Shown: positions 8,358-16,863 of the stretch, one piece after another
Layout: each line of letters starts with the position of its first letter
Position numbering within the stretch: the first letter of the stretch is position 1
NCBI GenBank assembly: GCA_035646775.1
Contig: DASROS010000159.1
Coordinates: 1-57,682 of the forward strand
Direction of reading: 5' to 3'
DNA: 57,682 nt
From: Thermoleophilaceae bacterium
Lineage (GTDB): Bacteria > Actinomycetota > Thermoleophilia > Solirubrobacterales > Thermoleophilaceae
Program-made: the position numbers and the translations under genes
The notes under the pieces: model-generated
Database searches by the model: none
What the model was told of the DNA's origin: nothing
The model's input: only the letters and a program-made list of their open reading frames with translations

Positions 8358-8431
8358 TGCCCCGAGCAGGATTCGAACCTGCGGCCTTCCCCTTAGGAGG
8401 GGGACGCTCTATCCAGCTGAGCTACCGGGGC
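8358..8431 (-). tRNA. tRNA-Arg (anticodon CCT), intact
   Basis: The reverse complement GCCCCGGTAGCTCAGCTGGATAGAGCGTCCCCCTCCTAAGGGGAAGGCCGCAGGTTCGAATCCTGCTCGGGGCA (74 nt) folds as a cloverleaf. It has a 7-bp acceptor stem, D-stem GCTC/GAGC, anticodon stem TCCCC/GGGGA with loop CTCCTAA, and T-arm GCAGG-TTCGAAT-CCTGC. No CCA is encoded. Confidence 0.92.
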
Positions 8432-8466
8432 CCGGGCAGAAGATAGCCCCGCCGGGAGGTCCCGGG

Positions 8467-9084
8467 CTATTCCTCGTCGTCCTCGTAGAGCGACTCGCCG
8501 GCCAGCTCCGTGCCGCGACGGTCGTAGAGGCGGACCTCCACGTAGTCGCCCGTGTAGGCGTCCAACGACACGAGCGTGAAGCGGTCCTCCACCAGCAGGC
8601 ACTGGTCGGTGGTCGTCGGGCCCAGTTCCGCCGTGGCAACCGCGCCGTTGGCGACCAATGACACGCCCCAGACCAGCGTGATCACCCCGCGCCGGCTCTC
8701 GGACCCGCGCCAGTGGCCGATCTCCTGGTCGGAGAGGTCCAGCGTCCAGTCCGGGTTGGCGTCGGCGGTCTCGTCGGTGTAGTCCACGACGGCATCGAAG
8801 TCGGTGGCCTGGGCGCCCTCGTGCTCGCGGGTGTAGGAGACGAAGCCGAACAGCTCGAAGCCGTTGGAAGTGGGCGCGGTGGCCGGCACGTACGCGCGGC
8901 CGCCCCAGCTGCGCTCGGGGAACCAGGTCACCGCGCCGGGGTCGCCGAGCGGCTCGTCGCTGTCCATGTCGCGGGCGGCGCCCAGGAAGCGCTCGGCCAG
9001 CGCGTCGCCCCAGCGGCCGTAGGGCACGGGCTCCTGCGGCGGCTCGGCCATGTAGCGGGGGATCGGGCGCTCGGCGGGGGGCAT
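8467..9084 (-). CDS. hypothetical protein (acidic C-terminus), no family recognised
   Basis: 205-aa ORF with an ATG start and strong GC3 bias. It fills the gap between the tRNA and the next gene. No motif recognised. Confidence 0.6.
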   Translation of the reverse strand: MPPAERPIPRYMAEPPQEPVPYGRWGDALAERFLGAARDMDSDEPLGDPGAVTWFPERSWGGRAYVPATAPTSNGFELFGFVSYTREHEGAQATDFDAVVDYTDETADANPDWTLDLSDQEIGHWRGSESRRGVITLVWGVSLVANGAVATAELGPTTTDQCLLVEDRFTLVSLDAYTGDYVEVRLYDRRGTELAGESLYEDDEE

Positions 9085-9096
9085 CGCGGCGGGAAC

Positions 9097-10542
9097 CTAT
9101 ACGGGCGCGGCGTCGCGCAGCAGCTCGGCGGCCCGCTCGGGCGCCAGCACGCACAGTTCCACGCCCGCGCCCATCTCCAGCCCGGCGGGGTGGGTGAGGC
9201 GCGGGAGCACGTCGATCCGCCAGCAGAAGGTGCTCGCCCCGCGCGGGGCGGTGCGCACCCAGAGGTTCAGGGCGGGCACGGTGCCCTCACCGATCGCCGC
9301 CCCCATCCGCCCCAGCACGTCGTGCAGCATCGCGGCCCCCAGCGGGCCGGCGTCCTCGAACCGCGACGCGGGCGAGCGGGGCACGATCTGCACGTGGAAC
9401 GGCCCGCGCGAGGCGAACGGGCAGATGGCCACCGCCTCGCCGTCCACGGCCACGAGTCGGTCGCGGCGGCGCACCTCCTCCTGGAGCACGTCGGCGAGAA
9501 GGTTGCGGCCCTGGGTGCGCTCGAAGTAGGCGGTGAAGCGCTCGCGCTCGCGGGCCACCGCGGCGGGCACGAAGGGCAGCGCGTACAGCTGGGCGTGGGT
9601 GTGCGGCAGCGACGCCCCCGCCCGCGCCCCCTCGTTCACGATCACGTGCACGTAGGCCGCGTCGTGATGAGCGCGCATCCGCTCGCGCCACACGCCCATC
9701 GCGGTGGCCAGGCCATCGGCGCCGAGGTCGTGCAGCGACGACACCGAGTCGGGCCCGTTCACCACCACCTCGTGCGCGCCGGTGGCCGGCCGGCCGGCGA
9801 ACAGCTCCGGCTCGCCACGGCCGGAGGCGAGCGGGTCCGACTCCTCCGGCCCCGGGCCGCCCGGCTCGAGGGCGGGGTAGAGATTGGGGACCACGCGCAC
9901 GCGCCAGCCGGGCGAGTCCGGCGGCCCGCCGCCCTCGCGCAGCGCGTACAGCTCCGGCGGCGTGCGGTCCTCGTGGCCCTCGAGGAAGGGATCGGTCTCG
10001 GGGTCGATCGGTGGCCGGTCGGCCGCCGCGAGCCAGGCGCCGGGCCGCTCGCCGCGCTCGCCGGCCACGATCACGCGCAGCCCGCTCAGCGGGTCGATGC
10101 GCAGCTCAGGCACCGGGCGCCTCCCCGCCAGCCGCTTCTCCATCGCCAAGTGCGCGATGCCCTCCTCGATGAACTCCTGCCCCTGGGGCTCGTATCCGGC
10201 GCGGTCGTACACCCCGCGCGACGCCGTCTGCGCGTGCAGGCGGATCCGGTCCGCACCGGCGTCGCGCATGGCGTGGTCGGCCTCGGCGAGCAGCGCGGCG
10301 CCTATGCCGCGGCCCCGGTGGCCGGGCTCGACGGCCATCCGGGCCAGGCGTGCCAGGCCGTCCTCCAGCAGCACCCGGCAGGTGCCCACCACCCGCCCGC
10401 CGTCGAGGGCCACGAGCTGCAGCGCCTCGCCGTCGCGGCCGTCCTGCTCGGCCGCCAGATCCACGCCCTGCCCCTCGCAGAACACCCGATAGCGCAACCG
10501 CAGGGCGGCCTCGACCTCCTCGTCGGCGCGGGCGGCGCGCAC
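9097..10542 (-). CDS. fusion protein: N-terminal GNAT acetyltransferase + C-terminal galactose-1-phosphate uridylyltransferase-like (GalT/HIT) domain
   Basis: GNAT motif A reads LARMAVEPGHRGRGIGAALL. GalT-like part: RIDPLSGLRVIVAGERGERP, VVPNLYPAL, GAHEVVV, and the HxHxQ nucleotidyl-transfer motif in SLPHTHAQLYALPF. GTG start at 10542. Confidence 0.8.
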   Translation of the reverse strand: MRAARADEEVEAALRLRYRVFCEGQGVDLAAEQDGRDGEALQLVALDGGRVVGTCRVLLEDGLARLARMAVEPGHRGRGIGAALLAEADHAMRDAGADRIRLHAQTASRGVYDRAGYEPQGQEFIEEGIAHLAMEKRLAGRRPVPELRIDPLSGLRVIVAGERGERPGAWLAAADRPPIDPETDPFLEGHEDRTPPELYALREGGGPPDSPGWRVRVVPNLYPALEPGGPGPEESDPLASGRGEPELFAGRPATGAHEVVVNGPDSVSSLHDLGADGLATAMGVWRERMRAHHDAAYVHVIVNEGARAGASLPHTHAQLYALPFVPAAVARERERFTAYFERTQGRNLLADVLQEEVRRRDRLVAVDGEAVAICPFASRGPFHVQIVPRSPASRFEDAGPLGAAMLHDVLGRMGAAIGEGTVPALNLWVRTAPRGASTFCWRIDVLPRLTHPAGLEMGAGVELCVLAPERAAELLRDAAPV

Positions 10543-10566
10543 CTCGAATGCCCCTGGAGCGGCGAT

Positions 10567-11070
10567 TCATCGAGCGTAACGCTCGATGTCCTCGGCCAGC
10601 TTGCCCTCGCTGGAGTACCCGCCCTGGCGCACGTAGGACTGCTTGCCCTTGGAGTCGATGAACACCGTGGTGGGAAAGCTCACCGCCGCGTCGATCGAGG
10701 CCGCGATCTCGGAGTTGGGGTCCTTGTAGCTGGGGAAGTCGACGGGGAACTCCGCGAGGAACTTCGCTGCGTCGGAGTCGTTGTCCTCGGCGTTGAGCCC
10801 CAGGAACACGATCTCATTGCCATGCTTCTTCGACTGGCTCGCGAAGTACGGGAACTCCGCGCGGCAGGGGGGACACCAGGAAGCCCACTTGTTCACCACC
10901 ACGGGCTTGCCCCTTACCGCCCGCAGGCGCTCCTCGAAAGCGGCCTTTCCTCCGTCGACGAGCTGGGGCGACTCGGTGGCGGGGTTCCCAGCCGCGCCGC
11001 CGGGGCCGCAGCCGGTCAGCAGGGCGGTGCAGAGGGCGAAGAGGAGGGCGAAGAGGAGGGCGAACCGCAT
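10567..11070 (-). CDS. TlpA/ResA-like thiol-disulfide oxidoreductase lipoprotein
   Basis: The internal ATG at 11070 gives MRFALLFALLFALCTALLTGCGPGG, a lipobox LTGC. Thioredoxin motif WASWCPPCRAE. Confidence 0.85.
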   Translation of the reverse strand: MRFALLFALLFALCTALLTGCGPGGAAGNPATESPQLVDGGKAAFEERLRAVRGKPVVVNKWASWCPPCRAEFPYFASQSKKHGNEIVFLGLNAEDNDSDAAKFLAEFPVDFPSYKDPNSEIAASIDAAVSFPTTVFIDSKGKQSYVRQGGYSSEGKLAEDIERYAR

Positions 11071-11298
11071 ACGGGTAGAGGGTGGCAGAGCAGGAGGAGG
11101 ACCGTCGCTAGACTTGTCTGTGCTGTAATACGTGGACGCGCGGAGCACTGGATGCGCCGCGGCTCCCGATCCGTCCTTGCATTTCAGGCAGGTGGGCGGA
11201 TTGAAATCGACGCGCGGACCACGCTGAGTCCGCCACGGCTCTCCGAACGTACGGAAGCAGCCCGTTCCTCGCGTCTCCTACTGAACCCAAAGGCCTAC

Positions 11299-13794
11299 AT
11301 GGCTGAGAGAACTACCGAGGTTGCCTCCGCGCCGGTGTCCGGCGCCGATCTTGAGCGCGCTGAGCAGTTCGCGCGCGAGCCGTTCGTGCTCGAAGGCGAG
11401 GACGCCGACGCCCTCACACCGGCCACGCCGCGCAGGCGCGCCCTCGACGCCGCCCTCGCCGAGATCGCCGATGGCCGCGAGGACCCGTCGGTGGAGTGGC
11501 GCCGCGAGTTCTCGCTGATCCTGGGGCTCGAGCGCCTGCTGGCCGACGACGACCCCAAGCTGGTCGACGGCACCACTCTCGACGCCCACCAGGTGGACGC
11601 CCTCTCCGGAACCCTGATCGCGCTCACCGCCGAGACGCAGGCCGCCGCCCAGCGCAACGGCAATGGCCGCAACGGCAATGGCCGCAACGGCAAGATCGAG
11701 GAGCTGCCGTCCGGCGAGGTGGAGATCGAGGGCGACGACGAGCTGTCCGACGACGACGAGCCGCTGGACTGGGACGAGGCCGAGGAGGCCGAGGAGGAAC
11801 AGGCCAGCGATGCCGTTCCCGACGACGCAGGCGCGGCGCGCCGATTCTGGTTCGAGCACGCCACCGGCGCCGGCAAGACAGTGGCCGCGCTGGGCTTCGT
11901 GGAGGCGTCGCGGACGGGCGGGGTGCTGATCCTCACCCACCGCCGCAACCTCGTCGACCAGTTCAACGGGGAGCTGGCCGACCGCGGCTACAGGAAGCGC
12001 GTGCGCGGCCCGCTGCTCGGCGACAAGGACCCACCGCTCGACGGGCCCGTCACGGTGGAGACCTACCAGTGGTTCGTGCGCAACGCGGGCAAGGTCTCGG
12101 ACGCGTACACGATCGTGATCTGCGACGAGGCGCATACGGCGCTGGGCGAGAAGACCAGCGCCGCGATCCGCCAGTGGCAGGGCCCCGTGTTCGTGGGCAT
12201 GACCGCCACCGGCGCGCTGATCGCGCGCCACGTGACCGACCTCTTCCCCACCCAGACGTCGCGCTTCGACCTTGCGCAGGCCGCCCGCCGCGGCGTGATC
12301 GCGCCGCTGCGCTGCGTGCGCATCCCGCCGGGCGTGGGCGTGCGCTCGATCTCCAAGGTGCCGCTGCGAAAGGGCGAGGTCGACCAGGACTTCGACCAGG
12401 AGGAGCTGGCCGCGCTGCTCGACCAGACGCCGTTCAACCTGGCGGTGGCCGACCTCTACAAGGTGCGCTTCAAGGACTTGCCGGGAGTGGTCTACACCGC
12501 CGGCGTGCGCCACGCCCACAACGTGGCGGCTGCGTTCCGCGACCAGAACATCAAGGCCCAGGCCGTGTCGGGTGAGACGCCCAAGCGCGAGCTCACCCGC
12601 GTCCTGGCCGCGTACGAGCGCGGGGAGATCGACGTGCTCTGCAACGCCCAGCTCCTGGCCGAGGGCTGGAACTCACCGCGCGCCACCGTCTGCATGCACC
12701 TCGCGCCCACGGCGTCGCGGCGCGTCTACCAGCAGCGCGTGGGGCGCGTGACCCGCCGCACTCCGGGCAAGGAGGCGGGGATCGTCGTGGACTTCGTCCA
12801 CCCCTCGACCACCAACGACGACCCGGTCGTGACGCTGCACAGCCTGCTCGACCGCGACGTCTATCGCGGCGGCGCGATCGTGGTGGGCCCCGTGCGCCGC
12901 GGCCGCGGCCGGCGCCTGCGCGTCGAGCGGCGCGTGCTGCCGATCACGCCGGACCCGGAGCGCCGCGCGCAGGTGTTCGAGCGCGAGCTGTGGCGGATCG
13001 CCGTGGAGCACCTCAGCTGGGGCGAGCAGCACGCGTGGGCGGCGCTGGCAGGCGCGCGCGTGGCGTCGAACAACTGGCGCCGGGCGAAGGCGATGCTGCA
13101 CTTCGACCCGACCGGCGAGCTGCGCCGCCGCTACCTGATCACCTGCCTGCAGCGCAACCGAAACACCCAGCTGCGCATGCGCGCGCTCCAGGAGGTCGGC
13201 GCTCTGCGCGACCCGGAGGCCTTCGACGAGGCCGTGGAGATCGTGGGGGGCTGGTCCCGGGACGAGCGCCGCGAGGGCGTCAAAACGCTGCTCCAGGCCC
13301 TCGCCGAGCGCCCCATCGGCCGCCGCGACCAGGCCAGTCGCTGGCTGTGGCATCTGGCCGAGTACAGCCGCGACGTGCACGAGGAGTACGCCGTGTCGCG
13401 CTGGCCGGAGACCAAGCGCCTGCTCGGGCTGCTCGTGAACTCCTCTGGCGGCGCGCACGCGCGCAACGCCCGCCGGCTGGTGCAGGCGACCAAGAAGCAG
13501 GACCGCCGCCTGTCGGCCGCGCTGCTCGCGGCCGCACTGGCTCACACGCCCGAGGCCCAGCAGGTGCTCGACGGCGCCCGTATGCGCATGGCCCGCAAGC
13601 CCAGCGCGCTCGCGCGCGAGCTGCTGCGCAACTTCCCCAAGGGACGCCGCCGCCGTGGCGGCCGCCGTCGCCGCGGACGCGGCGGCAACAAGGGCGAGGC
13701 CGAGAACGGGAACGTCCAGGCAGTGGAGAGCCGCAAGAGCAAGGAGAGCAACTCCGGCTCCGGCGACCGGTCGCGGCAGCGCCCGGCGGCTTAG
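11299..13794 (+). CDS. SF2 DEAD/DEAH-box (ResIII-type) helicase with acidic N-terminal region and long C-terminal extension
   Basis: Real start is ATG 11299 (MAERTTEVAS...) inside the 1693-aa track ORF 8713..13794. Walker A FEHATGAGKT, motif II ICDEAH, MTAT, helicase-C QQRVGRVTRR. C-terminal Arg-rich tail RRRRGGRRRRGRGG. Confidence 0.85.
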   Translation: MAERTTEVASAPVSGADLERAEQFAREPFVLEGEDADALTPATPRRRALDAALAEIADGREDPSVEWRREFSLILGLERLLADDDPKLVDGTTLDAHQVDALSGTLIALTAETQAAAQRNGNGRNGNGRNGKIEELPSGEVEIEGDDELSDDDEPLDWDEAEEAEEEQASDAVPDDAGAARRFWFEHATGAGKTVAALGFVEASRTGGVLILTHRRNLVDQFNGELADRGYRKRVRGPLLGDKDPPLDGPVTVETYQWFVRNAGKVSDAYTIVICDEAHTALGEKTSAAIRQWQGPVFVGMTATGALIARHVTDLFPTQTSRFDLAQAARRGVIAPLRCVRIPPGVGVRSISKVPLRKGEVDQDFDQEELAALLDQTPFNLAVADLYKVRFKDLPGVVYTAGVRHAHNVAAAFRDQNIKAQAVSGETPKRELTRVLAAYERGEIDVLCNAQLLAEGWNSPRATVCMHLAPTASRRVYQQRVGRVTRRTPGKEAGIVVDFVHPSTTNDDPVVTLHSLLDRDVYRGGAIVVGPVRRGRGRRLRVERRVLPITPDPERRAQVFERELWRIAVEHLSWGEQHAWAALAGARVASNNWRRAKAMLHFDPTGELRRRYLITCLQRNRNTQLRMRALQEVGALRDPEAFDEAVEIVGGWSRDERREGVKTLLQALAERPIGRRDQASRWLWHLAEYSRDVHEEYAVSRWPETKRLLGLLVNSSGGAHARNARRLVQATKKQDRRLSAALLAAALAHTPEAQQVLDGARMRMARKPSALARELLRNFPKGRRRRGGRRRRGRGGNKGEAENGNVQAVESRKSKESNSGSGDRSRQRPAA
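11656..11694 (+). repeat. 15-bp tandem repeat (2.6 copies) inside the helicase gene, encoding NGNGRNGNGRNGK
   Basis: aacggcaatggccgc aacggcaatggccgc aacggcaag, read directly from the sequence. In frame. Confidence 0.8.
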
Positions 13795-14492
13795 CCGCGC
13801 AGCAGGTGGACCTCGCCCTCGTGAAGGGCGAGCGTTCCGGAGTCCGTTTCGACCAGCAACGCACCGGAGTCGGCGATCCCGGCGGCGGTGCCTTCGCCGT
13901 CGATCCAGCGCACGGCGCTTCCTCGCAGCGCGTCGCGCTCGCGCCAGGCGGTGAGGATTGCCGCTGGAGCGTCGGCGAGGCGACGGTCGAGCGTGATCAC
14001 CAGCTCGTCCAGCACCCTGCCCGGGGTGGGGGCCTGAGCGGGCGCCACGATCGCCAGCGACGTGGCGATGTCCGCCAGCTCGGTCGGGAACTCCGGCGTG
14101 GTCACGTTCAGCCCGACCCCCAGCACCGCCCACCCATCCTGCGGGCGGCCCTCGATCAGGATCCCTGCCAGCTTGCGGCCGTCCACCCAGACGTCGTTGG
14201 GCCACTTCACGCGGCACTCGACCGGTCCCACCGCCTCGGCGGCTTCACACGCCGCCACCGCGGCCGCCAGCGGCAGCAGCTCCTGGGCCTTGCCGAAGTC
14301 GCGCAGCACCACCGACATCAGCACGGCGGTGCCCGCCGGCGCGGTCCACTCACGGCCCTGGCGCCCACGCCCGGCGCTCTGCTCGTCCGCGGTCACGAGC
14401 GTCCCGTGAGGTGCACCCGTGCGGGCCAGCTCCTTCGCCCGCTCGCTGGTGGAGTCGGTCGCGCGATGGTGCACGCGCGGGACGCCGATCAT
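13791..14492 (-). CDS. birA: biotin--[acetyl-CoA-carboxylase] ligase (group I, no DNA-binding domain)
   Basis: The internal ATG at 14492 (MIGVPRVHH...) overlaps the upstream stop (ATGA). Motifs TADEQSAGRGRQGREW and KWPNDVWVDGRKLAGILIE. Its 3' end overlaps the convergent helicase stop. Confidence 0.85.
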   Translation of the reverse strand: MIGVPRVHHRATDSTSERAKELARTGAPHGTLVTADEQSAGRGRQGREWTAPAGTAVLMSVVLRDFGKAQELLPLAAAVAACEAAEAVGPVECRVKWPNDVWVDGRKLAGILIEGRPQDGWAVLGVGLNVTTPEFPTELADIATSLAIVAPAQAPTPGRVLDELVITLDRRLADAPAAILTAWRERDALRGSAVRWIDGEGTAAGIADSGALLVETDSGTLALHEGEVHLLRG

Positions 14493-15301
14493 CGCGGCCG
14501 CAGCCGGACCTCGGTGTCGGAGGCCAGCCCGAGCGTGTTCGCGGCGTCGCCCCGGTTGATCGCCACCGCGAGCGTTCGGTACGCGTCCTCGTAGACGATC
14601 AGCTCGCCCGGGGCGACGTCGGCGAACGTGACGGCGTAGGTGGCGACGTAGCCCTGGCCGCCCACCTCCATCTCCACCGTGGAGCCGAGCGTGAGGTTCG
14701 TGGGGGTCAGATCGGCGTGGGTCACGTTCAGGGCGGCGTTGCCGAAACGGTCCACCGTCAGGGCGTGGGCCACGAGCGTGTCCTCCTCGGTCCACGACCG
14801 GGGCAGCTCCATCAGCGCCAGCGAGTCCGCCTCCAGCGGCTCGCCGGCGTCGGCCAGCTCGGCGCCCGCCGCCAGGTGCGCCGCCACGGGAGCGAACACG
14901 TCGCGGCCGTGGAACGTGGCCGACACGGGCTCCAGACGATGGGGCGAGCGCGAGATGTCCACCACCTGGTCCACGCCTCCGGAGGCCTCCCAGGCGAGCG
15001 AGAGCAGCCCGTTGTCCGGCCCCACCAGCAGCCGCCCATCCCCGCAGCGCAGGGCGATCGCTCGGCGCTCCGTGCCCACTTGAGGGTCCACCACCGCCAC
15101 GTGCACTCCGCTGGGCAGGTAGGGCAGCGTGTTGCGCAGCACGATCGCGCCCTGCCGCACGCCGAAGCGCCGGATTCCGTGCGTCACGTCCACCACCTCG
15201 GCGTCCGGCGCGATCTTGCGGATCACGCCGTGGCACACGCCCACGAACTCGTCGTCGTGTCCGTAGTCGGTCAGCAGGGTGATTGTCGGCTGGGTCGTCA
15301 T
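14489..15301 (-). CDS. SAM hydrolase / SAM-dependent chlorinase-fluorinase family protein (DUF62)
   Basis: ITLLTDYGHDDEFVGVCHGVI, VDVTHGI, VHVAVVDPQVGTERRAIA, LLVGPDNGLL and ATFHGRDVFAPVAAHLA match the DUF62/SAM hydroxide adenosyltransferase pattern. Confidence 0.85.
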   Translation of the reverse strand: MTTQPTITLLTDYGHDDEFVGVCHGVIRKIAPDAEVVDVTHGIRRFGVRQGAIVLRNTLPYLPSGVHVAVVDPQVGTERRAIALRCGDGRLLVGPDNGLLSLAWEASGGVDQVVDISRSPHRLEPVSATFHGRDVFAPVAAHLAAGAELADAGEPLEADSLALMELPRSWTEEDTLVAHALTVDRFGNAALNVTHADLTPTNLTLGSTVEMEVGGQGYVATYAVTFADVAPGELIVYEDAYRTLAVAINRGDAANTLGLASDTEVRLRPR

Positions 15302-16839
15302 GCGGTTGCGTCCTCCACGAGGGCATCCACCAGGCCGTCGATGTCGTGGCGCTCGGCTTCCACGTGCACGGTGAGGCCGTGCTCGCGTGCCGCCTCGCTG
15401 GTGATCGGCCCGATCGAGACCACGCGCGCGTCCGCCGGAATCGAGTTGCCGCCGGCGGCCTCCAGCAGGAAGCGCACGGTGGAGCTGGAGGTGAAGGTCA
15501 CGTAGTCGGCGCGGGCGAGACCCTCGCGTGCGGCGTCATCGAGGGACTCGGCCACGGTCTCGTACAGAGCCGCCACGTCCACGTCGGCGCCGCGTTCGCG
15601 CAGTGCCTCGGGCAGCACGTCGCGCGCCTCGGCGGCGCGGGCCACCAGCACGCGCCGGCCCTCAACGGGCACTTCCCGGAGGGCCTCCACCAGCGACTCG
15701 GCTATCGACCGCGGTGGCACCACGTCGGCGCGTATCCCGCCGCGCGCCAGCTCGGCCGCGGTGCCGGGGCCGATCGCGGCCACGGTCGCACCGGACAGCG
15801 CGCGGGCGTCGCGCCCCTGTGCCGCCAGCGCCTCCAGCAGCAGTGACGCGCCGTTGGGGCTGGTCAGGCACACCAGCGAGTACTCGCCGATGTCCTGGAC
15901 GGCATCCGCCAGGTCGCCCTCCAGCGGGCGGGGTTCGATCCGGATGGCAGGCGTCTCGGCCACGTCGGCGCCCAGCGCTCTTAGCCGCGCGGCCAGGCCG
16001 CTGGCCTGCGCCCGCGCCCGCGTGACCGCCACGCGGCGGCCGTGCAGCGGGCGGCGCTCGAGCCACGCGAGCGTGTCGCGCAGACCGGCCACCGGCCCGA
16101 TCACGGTGATGGCAGGCGCGCGCACGCCCTCCTCCGCCACCCGGGACGCGATGTCCGACAGCGTGGCGGTCACGGCGCGCTGGCCCGGGAGCGTGCCGCG
16201 CTCCACCACAGCGGCGGGCTGGTCGGCGGGACGGCCGGCGGCCACCAGGCGGTCAGCGATCATCGGAAGGCTCTTCACGCCCATGTACAGCACCAGGGTT
16301 CCCGGGAACCGCGCGAGCGCATCCCAGTCCAGGGCGCTCTCGGGCCGGGAAGGATTTGGCATGGATGCCGAATCCTTCGCACCTTTCTCCGGATCCTCGT
16401 GGCCGGTCACGAACGCGACGGCCGAGGCGAGGTCGCGGTGGGTCACGGGGATGCCGGCGTAGGCGGGCGCCGCAACGCCCGCGGTCACACCGGGCACCAC
16501 CTCGAACGGCATGCCAGCCGCGAGCAGCGCCTCGGCCTCCTCGCCTCCGCGACCGAACACGAACGGGTCGCCGCCCTTCAGCCGGACCACCTCCAGCCCC
16601 TTCGATCCCAGCTCCACCAGCAGGGAGTTGATGTCGTCCTGGCCCATGGCCGGGTTGCCCGGCTCCTTGCCCACGTAGCGCAGGTCGGCGTCGATCCGCG
16701 CACCATCGAGGGCGCCGGCGGGGATCAGGCGGTCGTAGAGGATCGCGTCGGCGGCGGCGATCAGCTCCAGCGAGCGGCGCGTCATCAGCCCGGGGTCGCC
16801 CGGGCCGGCGCCCACCAGGTAGACGGTGCCTTCGGCCAT
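15298..16839 (-). CDS. cobA-hemD: bifunctional uroporphyrinogen-III C-methyltransferase / uroporphyrinogen-III synthase
   Basis: N-terminal SUMT: VYLVGAGPGDPGLMTRRSLELIAAADAILYDRL, VVRLKGGDPFVFGRGGEE. The C-terminal half resembles HemD. Its stop overlaps the next start (ATGA). Confidence 0.9.
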   Translation of the reverse strand: MAEGTVYLVGAGPGDPGLMTRRSLELIAAADAILYDRLIPAGALDGARIDADLRYVGKEPGNPAMGQDDINSLLVELGSKGLEVVRLKGGDPFVFGRGGEEAEALLAAGMPFEVVPGVTAGVAAPAYAGIPVTHRDLASAVAFVTGHEDPEKGAKDSASMPNPSRPESALDWDALARFPGTLVLYMGVKSLPMIADRLVAAGRPADQPAAVVERGTLPGQRAVTATLSDIASRVAEEGVRAPAITVIGPVAGLRDTLAWLERRPLHGRRVAVTRARAQASGLAARLRALGADVAETPAIRIEPRPLEGDLADAVQDIGEYSLVCLTSPNGASLLLEALAAQGRDARALSGATVAAIGPGTAAELARGGIRADVVPPRSIAESLVEALREVPVEGRRVLVARAAEARDVLPEALRERGADVDVAALYETVAESLDDAAREGLARADYVTFTSSSTVRFLLEAAGGNSIPADARVVSIGPITSEAAREHGLTVHVEAERHDIDGLVDALVEDATA

Positions 16840-16863
16840 GGGCGAGACGCTAGATGGTCGTGG

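Noticed and set aside
8713-11298. Upstream 2.6 kb of the 1693-aa plus-strand ORF 8713..13794
   Set aside because: It runs antisense to three confident minus-strand genes (hypothetical protein, GNAT::GalT, TlpA) and translates to Gly/Arg/Ala/His-rich low-complexity sequence. This is a high-GC open-frame artefact. The real gene starts at ATG 11299.
11071-11298. 228-nt divergent intergenic region, including 60-aa ORF 11108..11290(-), as a small gene or riboswitch
   Set aside because: The ORF has no GC3 bias and no RBS. Only a short ATTTCA-N15-TGAAAT repeat is visible, and no known riboswitch core was recognised. I treat the region as divergent promoter space.
12673-14217. 514-aa minus-strand ORF, plus the plus-strand ORF 12990..14594
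   Set aside because: Both are antisense or out of frame relative to the helicase and birA, both of which have clear catalytic motifs. Their composition is typical of spurious high-GC ORFs.
14493-15326. N-terminal 278 codons of track ORF 13791..15326(-)
   Set aside because: This part overlaps the DUF62 gene in another frame and is Arg/Gly/Pro-rich. BirA-like sequence begins only at the ATG at 14492, which is ATGA-coupled to the DUF62 stop.
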